NCBI GenBank assembly: GCA_958352845.1
Contig: CATWQC010000010.1
Location: forward strand, 39 to 64,038
Direction of reading: 5' to 3'
DNA: 64,000 nt
From: an uncultured Collinsella sp.
Lineage (GTDB): Bacteria; Actinomycetota; Coriobacteriia; Coriobacteriales; Coriobacteriaceae
The translations under genes were made by a program, and so were the position numbers. The notes under the pieces are model-generated. The model was not told the origin of the DNA and did not search any database. It saw nothing but the letters and a program-made list of their open reading frames with translations. Positions 57,500 to 64,000 of this stretch are shown here, one piece after another. Numbering within the stretch: the first letter of the stretch is position 1; each line of letters opens with the position of its first letter.

Positions 57500-60400
57500 G
57501 CGCCTCACCGCACCCCTGCGCCTTGGCGTTCATGATGAGCATCTGAAGACGGTTCTCCACGTTGGCGAAGCTCACGTCGGGATCGTAGTCGAGCGGCAGG
57601 AACTGCGCCGTGGGATACTGCTCCTTGAGCGCATGGATGAGCCCGCGCCCCACGACATGGTTGGGCAGACACCCGAACGGCTGCAGGATCACGAAGTTGC
57701 GGCAGCCGCGCTTGGCGTGCTCGAGGATCTCCGCCGGAATCAGCACGCCCTCGCCCGCATCGAACGTATGGTGCAGGATCTTATCGCTCGCGCGCACGAG
57801 CTCGGGCATGCGCGTCGGCGGCTCGTAGAGCGGGCTCGCCGCGCCCAGGCGGTCGCAACGGTCGTGCGCGAGCTCGAACAGGTTGTCCGCCGTGGCGTAC
57901 CAGGCCTTTTCGGGCAGCGACAGGTCGACGTGGAACTCGCGCGACTGCGCATGCTTGTAGAAATAGGTCTTGCGGATCACGTCGGTCATGCGCGCCTCGA
58001 TGACCTCGAGCCCGTTGTCCTCGAGGTAGCGCTCGATCTCGTGGTTGGCGCCGAGATGGAAATTGAGCAGGTACTCGCCCACGATGAGAACGGTCGGATG
58101 CGGGTTCGAGCGGTCGTACGGAACGGCGTCCATGATCGCAAGCGCGCGTTTGAAGCCCGTCGCCTGGCCTCTCAGCCCCGAGCGCTCCATGCCCTCGATA
58201 ACCTCATCGAGCGCGCGGTCGAATGCAGCGTCCGCCGCGCCCTTCTCGAGCTCATAGGGACGGATGCGCCTAAGCATGGCCTCGAGGGCATCGATCATGG
58301 GAAGACCGTAGGCGATCTGGATGCTCGGGCCAAGGCCGAGCTTGAAGCCCGGATGCGCATTGTGGGCATCGACGTCGTCGTTGGTGAGCACCGGGACATA
58401 GTCGTATCCCGCGTCGTCGAGCGCGCGGCGCAGCAGGGGCATGTAGTGCGTCAGGCGGCAGTCGCCGATATACTTGCCAGTCACCACGGCGACGTCGTGC
58501 GGGTCGTACTTACCGCTCTTGAGTGCCGCGAGCGCCTCGCCGATCACGATTTGCGCGGGGAAGCAGATGTCGTTGTGCACATAGCGTTTGCCCAGGCGGA
58601 TGGCATCCTCGCGCCCGATATCAAGGGCCTCGGCGCGCACGCCCTGATTGCGCATCGCCGCGGTCATGAGCCTGCAGAACGCATGGGAGGTGTTGGGGAC
58701 CAGCGCGATCTTGTCGTGCCGGTCGCGCTTGGTGTACTTGACCTTATACGGGTCGTCGAGCGGATGGACCGCGTGCACCCGGGCGCCCTCGGCACGCTCC
58801 TCCGCGCGACGACGGTTGACCGACTCGATAAACGAACGCACGCGAATGCCCATGGGACCGGCGACGTCGCTCTCATCGAGCTTGGTCATCATCGGAACCT
58901 TGGAGCCCATCTCGCCCATCATGCGCGCGATCTCGTCGGTGAGATACGCATCGTGGCCGCAGCCGAAGCTGCCCATCTGCACGAGCTCGAGCTCGGGCGT
59001 CGATGCGACGATGACCGCGCACGACAGCATGCGCGCATGGTAGTTGTTCACGATGTCGATGCGGCTGTTGGAAAGATCGACGTTGCAGACCCCCGGCACC
59101 GCATCGGGCGTCAGCACGGGGATGCCGCGCTCAGAGAAGAGCTTGGGCAGCCCGTGGTTGACCAGCGGGTCGTTGTGGTACGGGCGCGAAGCGATCACCA
59201 CCGCGTAGCCGCCGTCCTCGCGCACGTTCTCGAGCACCTGCCTGCCGCGCAGCTGCAGCTGGTTCTCAAACGTCTCCTGCGCGCGGTCCGCCTGCTCGGT
59301 CGCCTTGGCAACCAGGTCGGCATCGATATCGAAGGTCTCCTTGCACCACGCCTTGAGCTGGCGGTTTCGGTCGCCCTCGTCGTACCAGTGGAACAGCGGC
59401 GTATCGAACGGAACGCCGAAACGCTCCTCCGGGTTATCGGAATTGCGCATCACGTAGGGGTATCCCTTTACGACGGCGCACATCCACTCGCTGGTAGAGG
59501 CGGTGTTTTCGGTGGGCACCGTCGTGATGATGGGCATGAAGATGCGGTCGACGCCGGCGTCGACGAGATTGCGGATGTGCCCGTGGACGAGCTTGGCCGG
59601 GAAGCACACGGTGTCGGATGTGACGTGCGCCAGACCGCGCTCGTACATCGCCTTGGTGCTGCGTCCCGAGACGCGCACCTTAAAGCCGAGCGTGCTGAAG
59701 AACGTCGACCAGAACGGCATGGTGTCCCAGAACTCGAGCACACGGGGAATGCCGATCGTGACATCGCGCCCCCCGCAGACGGGAACCGTGGGGTACGACT
59801 CGAACAGCAGCTTCTCGCGGTCGACAAAGAGATTGGGGGCAGCCGCGGTCCGGTCGCGCCCCGTGCCGGGTGCCTGTGCCTCGCAAGCACCCTGCGGACG
59901 CAGCTCCTCCGCCGCGGGAACCTCGCGCACGAGCTCATCCCATGAGATGGCGCCGCCGCGCGGGCAGCGATTGCCCGTGACGTAAAGCGAGCCGTCGCCA
60001 AATGCCACGACCGCGCGCTGGCAGCGGTTGTTGCACCGACGGCAGGTAACGCCGCCGAACTCGCGATGCTCGAAGCGCTCCACGGCATCGAGCCCGATAA
60101 ACGACGTGCCGGCGTCGCCCTTGCGGCATTCCTCGCGCGCGAGCAGGGCGATACCGATAGCGCCCATCAGCCCCGGGTGGGGCGCACGCGTGACGGGTTT
60201 GCCCAGATACTGCTCGAATGCGCGCAGCACCGCGTCGTTTCGGAACGTGCCGCCCTGGACGACGACTTTGTCGCCCAGACGGTTGAGATTTGAAACGCGA
60301 ATGACCTTGGTGAACACGTTCTCGATAATCGAACGGCAGAGACCGGCCATGATGTCGCCCGGACCCTTACCGCGCCGCTGCTCGGAAACGACGCTGCTGT

Positions 60401-61922
60401 TCATGAACACCGTGCAGCGGCTGCCGAGAACGGCGGGGGCTTTGGACGAAAATGCCTCGGTCGCGATATCCTCAACGGCTATTCCGAGGTTTTTGGCAAA
60501 ACCCTCGAGGAACGAGCCGCAGCCCGCAGAGCACGCCTCGTTGACGACGATATCGGTCAGCACGCCGTGGTTGAGCCAGATGGCCTTCATATCCTGTCCG
60601 CCGATGTCGAGCACGAAGGTCGCATCGGGAACGCATGCGCACGCGGCGCGGGCGTGCGCGACCGTCTCGACCGTATGGTAGTCGGCGTGGAACGCGCGCG
60701 CGAAAAGCTCCTCGCCGTATCCCGTGGTGCCCACGGCATCGATCGCAAGCGTGACTCCCGCTGTCTCCCAGCGGTTCTTCAAGCTGACAAGACCCTGTTG
60801 GGCGACGTCGAGCGGTCTGCCGTTATTAGACGCGTAGAACGAATCGACAAGCTCACCCGCCTCATCGACCAGGGCGAACTTGGTCGTCGTGCTCCCCGAA
60901 TCGATACCGAGCGCCACACGCACCGTCTCTCCGGGCGCATACGCATCCGGACCCTTTGCCGGCGTCTCTTTGCCATGGCGTGCCGTAAAATCCGCCTGCT
61001 CGGCAGGTGTGGCAAAAAAGGGCTGGGCAAGACGTCCCTCCCCGCTTGCGGGCGCGACCGTCTCGAGCTTATCCAGCCGGACAAAAGCGTCGGGAAGGTC
61101 GATCGGTTGGGACGATGCGAACATGTCGGTCAGCGACAGGGCGGCACCGCGCGCGACCATGATCTGCGGATCGCGCGGGACGATAACCTGATCGTCCGAT
61201 AGATTCAGTTGCTCCCGGAACACGCGGACCAGTGTGGGGTTGTAGGCGAGCGTACCGCCCTCGAAGATTACCGGCGGCTCGATGTCGATACCCTGGGCCA
61301 GACCGCCGATCGTTTGGCGGGCGACCGCGTGAAGCGCCGAAAGCGCCAGGTCGGTGGCAGGAATGCCCTCGTTGAGCAGCGGCTGGATATCGGTCTTTGC
61401 GTACACGCCGCAGCGGCCCGAGACCTCGTGGACGGTCGTTCCCCGGCTTGCGAGCTGCTCGAACTCGCCCGATTCGGTGCCGACCCCCATGAGCTTTGCC
61501 ATCTCGTCGATAAATGCACCGGTACCGCCTGCACACGAGCCGTTCATGCGCATGTCGGCAACCTCGATGTCTCCCTTATCGTTGGTGCGGAAGAAGATCA
61601 TCTTGGCGTCTTGGCCGCCCAGCTCGATGGCGCAGCGCGTCTGCGGATAGAACCTGCTGATCGCGAGCGCGTTGGCGACCACCTCCTGAACGTACGAGGC
61701 GCCCAGCGCGGTCGCGATATCGCGCGCACCCGAGCCGGTCACCGCAACGCGCAGCGACTCATGGGGAAAGCGCTCGGCGAGCTCGCCGAGCATGGCGCGC
61801 ACGCTCGCTGTCTGACACGCCCCGTGGCGGCGATATCCCCACCACGCCTCGGTCATATCCTCGTGCATCGCGTAAACTTTGGTCGTCGTCGACCCTACGT
61901 CCAGTCCTACTAGCAACGCCAT
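57483..61922 (-). CDS. Multidomain acyl-CoA dehydratase activase-like protein (2x BadF/BadG ATPase plus DUF2229-like domains)
   Basis: GLDVGSTTTK and GIDSGSTTTK; ELGGQDAK and DIGGQDMK; CAGGTG and CSAGCG; CFPAK, SFGCG, QPFGCLPNH. Confidence 0.88.
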   Translation of the reverse strand: MALLVGLDVGSTTTKVYAMHEDMTEAWWGYRRHGACQTASVRAMLGELAERFPHESLRVAVTGSGARDIATALGASYVQEVVANALAISRFYPQTRCAIELGGQDAKMIFFRTNDKGDIEVADMRMNGSCAGGTGAFIDEMAKLMGVGTESGEFEQLASRGTTVHEVSGRCGVYAKTDIQPLLNEGIPATDLALSALHAVARQTIGGLAQGIDIEPPVIFEGGTLAYNPTLVRVFREQLNLSDDQVIVPRDPQIMVARGAALSLTDMFASSQPIDLPDAFVRLDKLETVAPASGEGRLAQPFFATPAEQADFTARHGKETPAKGPDAYAPGETVRVALGIDSGSTTTKFALVDEAGELVDSFYASNNGRPLDVAQQGLVSLKNRWETAGVTLAIDAVGTTGYGEELFARAFHADYHTVETVAHARAACACVPDATFVLDIGGQDMKAIWLNHGVLTDIVVNEACSAGCGSFLEGFAKNLGIAVEDIATEAFSSKAPAVLGSRCTVFMNSSVVSEQRRGKGPGDIMAGLCRSIIENVFTKVIRVSNLNRLGDKVVVQGGTFRNDAVLRAFEQYLGKPVTRAPHPGLMGAIGIALLAREECRKGDAGTSFIGLDAVERFEHREFGGVTCRRCNNRCQRAVVAFGDGSLYVTGNRCPRGGAISWDELVREVPAAEELRPQGACEAQAPGTGRDRTAAAPNLFVDREKLLFESYPTVPVCGGRDVTIGIPRVLEFWDTMPFWSTFFSTLGFKVRVSGRSTKAMYERGLAHVTSDTVCFPAKLVHGHIRNLVDAGVDRIFMPIITTVPTENTASTSEWMCAVVKGYPYVMRNSDNPEERFGVPFDTPLFHWYDEGDRNRQLKAWCKETFDIDADLVAKATEQADRAQETFENQLQLRGRQVLENVREDGGYAVVIASRPYHNDPLVNHGLPKLFSERGIPVLTPDAVPGVCNVDLSNSRIDIVNNYHARMLSCAVIVASTPELELVQMGSFGCGHDAYLTDEIARMMGEMGSKVPMMTKLDESDVAGPMGIRVRSFIESVNRRRAEERAEGARVHAVHPLDDPYKVKYTKRDRHDKIALVPNTSHAFCRLMTAAMRNQGVRAEALDIGREDAIRLGKRYVHNDICFPAQIVIGEALAALKSGKYDPHDVAVVTGKYIGDCRLTHYMPLLRRALDDAGYDYVPVLTNDDVDAHNAHPGFKLGLGPSIQIAYGLPMIDALEAMLRRIRPYELEKGAADAAFDRALDEVIEGMERSGLRGQATGFKRALAIMDAVPYDRSNPHPTVLIVGEYLLNFHLGANHEIERYLEDNGLEVIEARMTDVIRKTYFYKHAQSREFHVDLSLPEKAWYATADNLFELAHDRCDRLGAASPLYEPPTRMPELVRASDKILHHTFDAGEGVLIPAEILEHAKRGCRNFVILQPFGCLPNHVVGRGLIHALKEQYPTAQFLPLDYDPDVSFANVENRLQMLIMNAKAQGCGEAHGETA

Positions 61923-61971
61923 AATGCTCCGTCTCTCGCATTTTTCCCGCTAGAGATATACCACTCTACGT

Positions 61972-61992
61972 AATACAACAGACTGTTGTATT
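61972..61992. promoter_or_regulatory. Perfect palindrome, probable TetR operator
   Basis: AATACAACAG-A-CTGTTGTATT about 50 nt upstream of the activase start. Confidence 0.6.
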
Positions 61993-62203
61993 TAAACTCC
62001 GTATAAAAAGCGGCTGCCGAAACGCTTCAGCAGCCGCCGAATGCACCAACAGATTGTTCTGCGCGCTAGCACGTCGGGCAACGGAGCAGCACGGGCCCTC
62101 CGGTCATGCGCACCGCTCACGCCCGCGATGTCGCCGAGAGAGCTATCCACGCTTAGGGCTCCAACCAAGCAAGTCGCCCGCGCTCAGCAGATCCCTAAGC
62201 GAG

Positions 62204-62752
62204 CTACTCGCACTCAGGAGCCATAGCCTGCTCCAAGAGCTCGGCATGCTCCTCCTCGAAAACCGTCCCCACAGGGAAGGCGCGACGGAAGACGAAGCGG
62301 GAAATCGGACCGGCTACCAAAAGGTTCCACGGCAGCGCCATCACAAAATTATGCGGGATGTTGATCATCCAGATCGCGGGCACGGAATACAGGTTCGCAA
62401 GGATGCCGCCGGGCATGTGCGTCAGACCCTCACAGGCACCGTACAGCGACATGATGATGACCATGGGAACGACCATGCAGGAGCTGACGGCGAGCGTCAT
62501 GGCAAGTGGCGAGCTCTTGCCCGGCGTGACCAAGTACTTAAAGGCGAAACCCTTGGCGAGCGGGCTGGCGACGAACCAGTCGCAGCACATGGCAAAAATG
62601 TAGGCAACGGGGAAGCCGAGCCACGCAGTGGCAACGACCTCGCCGTTGATGGCCCCGTGCTGCAGGGCAACGTTGTAGATGCTCATCCAGAGCACCATGC
62701 AAAAGCACATGATAAAGGTGAACAGCAGGCTCTCTCGTTTGTTGATAGGCAT
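62204..62752 (-). CDS. DUF2798-like membrane protein
   Basis: MPINKRESLLFTFIMCFCMVLWMSIYN; hydrophobic and Met-rich; SD GAGAGG. Confidence 0.7.
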   Translation of the reverse strand: MPINKRESLLFTFIMCFCMVLWMSIYNVALQHGAINGEVVATAWLGFPVAYIFAMCCDWFVASPLAKGFAFKYLVTPGKSSPLAMTLAVSSCMVVPMVIIMSLYGACEGLTHMPGGILANLYSVPAIWMINIPHNFVMALPWNLLVAGPISRFVFRRAFPVGTVFEEEHAELLEQAMAPECE

Positions 62753-62960
62753 AAAGGGCAGATTCCTCTCTGTGTTGTACCGCGGCGCCACGCAACAAAA
62801 ACGGGCGGGCAAGATGGAGCTGTTGGGACTTCATCTCGCCCGCCCGTGTTACGCGCGTCTGCGACTACTTATGTGGTGGAACTACCCTAACACGAACGGC
62901 GCGCGCTTCGTAAGCGTTGAGTTTGTGGAGATGCAGGGCACCAAAACCCCCGACCCCATA

Positions 62961-63027
62961 AGTTGCGGTGGAATACGGACTGTTTTGACCCTTTAAGCAA
63001 CAATTCAGTCCCTATTTCACCGCAACT
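62961..63027. repeat. 67-bp TIR element, copy 3
   Basis: AGTTGCGGTGGAATA...TATTTCACCGCAACT. Confidence 0.85.
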
Positions 63028-63030
63028 CAT

Positions 63031-63063
63031 TTGGTGCAAAGTAACCTGTCCCCCTTGTACCAA
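63031..63063 (-). repeat. GGGACAG-loop hairpin
   Basis: Reverse complement TTGGTACAAGGGGGACAGGTTACTTTGCACCAA immediately after the ThrE-family stop codon. Confidence 0.7.
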
Positions 63064-64000
63064 TTAGCTGGTGTGGCGCCAGCGAGGGTCGGTGAGCGTA
63101 CGCGCCACACCCAGTCCAACGGGCAGAAACGCTACGATGAGCACTGCGCGCACAAACCAGCCGAGCATATTGACCGTGTCGAAGGTGCACATGTAATACA
63201 TCGAGCGATACAGATACAAGCCCGGCACCATAATGACAATCGAAGGCACCGTGAGGGCGATGCGCGGGTAGGTGAGCTTGACTTCAGCCAAGCTTGCGAG
63301 CAGCCCCGATACCAGCGCGCCGATAAACGCTGCTGCCTCGGGAGGCATGCCTGCGCTCAGGCCCAGGAAGGGAAGCACCGTCGGCGCATCGACAAGGGTC
63401 AGACGCAGGGTATTGGACACGGCGCCGATCAACCCAGCTGCCGCGGCCATCTTTACCGGGCTGTTGAACATCACCGAGAAGCCGAATACGCCAACGAAGC
63501 TCATCACCACGCGCAGGAGCGTAAGGGCAAGCGGCGAAAGGCCCAGTGGGGCAAAGTCGTCCGGCGCCAGGCCAACACACTCGGCAACCATCCAACCTAC
63601 GAGGGTCGCCATCACAATAATCGATACGGCATATGAAAGGCGCTCGATACCGCTTCGCATGTCGAGCTTAGCGATGTCGAGGCCTGCCGTAATGAGTGGA
63701 AAGCCGGGAATCACAAAGAGCATGGCGCCGATATAGCCTTCTTGGTGCGACATTGCCCCCGGTATGACCTGGCCAAGGCCGAGCAATGCCAGCAGATACG
63801 AAACGCAAGCGAGCGCAACGCCGGTCGTCAGCGCGCTGAACTGACCAAGGCCTTGCTTGAGAATATGGGAGCGGGCAAAGTTGCCGACACCCGCGCCCAC
63901 GAACGCGCAGGCCATCTCGATAGGGCCGCCGCCGAGCAAAAAGACGAAGGCGCCGCAAGCACAGGCTGCCGCAAGGCCCTGTTGCCAGGGAGAGTAATCA
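63064..64000 (-). CDS. Threonine/serine exporter ThrE family (3' part; start outside the window)
   Basis: LFVIPGFPLITAGLD and PSIVIMVPGL motifs. Confidence 0.85.
   Translation of the reverse strand, partial: DYSPWQQGLAAACACGAFVFLLGGGPIEMACAFVGAGVGNFARSHILKQGLGQFSALTTGVALACVSYLLALLGLGQVIPGAMSHQEGYIGAMLFVIPGFPLITAGLDIAKLDMRSGIERLSYAVSIIVMATLVGWMVAECVGLAPDDFAPLGLSPLALTLLRVVMSFVGVFGFSVMFNSPVKMAAAAGLIGAVSNTLRLTLVDAPTVLPFLGLSAGMPPEAAAFIGALVSGLLASLAEVKLTYPRIALTVPSIVIMVPGLYLYRSMYYMCTFDTVNMLGWFVRAVLIVAFLPVGLGVARTLTDPRWRHTS

Overview
High-GC (about 60% by eye) core-genome window. Gene content and protein sequences suggest a Coriobacteriia gut bacterium, probably Collinsella (inference). The minus strand carries the ancestral clpC-disA-ispDF-cysS-rlmB-NYN / tRNAs-tuf-rpmG-secE-nusG-rplKA / rplJL-rpoBC-rpsLG-fusA supercluster. 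It is interrupted by accessory genes: an ECF sigma/anti-sigma pair, galU, a ~21 kb metabolic/transport block between rplA and rplJ, two HipA-type kinase loci, mntP with a Mn riboswitch, and pepD. A TetR + CoA-activase operon lies beyond clpC. I saw no integrase, transposase, cas gene or CRISPR array. The most interesting signals are: (1) several families of structured intergenic DNA, including a covarying 204-bp hairpin duplicated around the ECF cassette, GGGACAG-loop hairpins at stop codons, and arrays of 15-bp alternating inverted motifs at fixed spacing; (2) an atypical RNA polymerase with an alphaCTD-like domain on beta', an enlarged fork loop 2 and active-centre substitutions; (3) an uncharacterised cytoplasmic ParB/Srx-BMP fusion paired with a metallophosphoesterase; (4) an HTH-HipA fusion behind a perfect 25-bp inverted repeat; (5) a local strand-biased codon patch. 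All counts were done by hand and no database searches were run.
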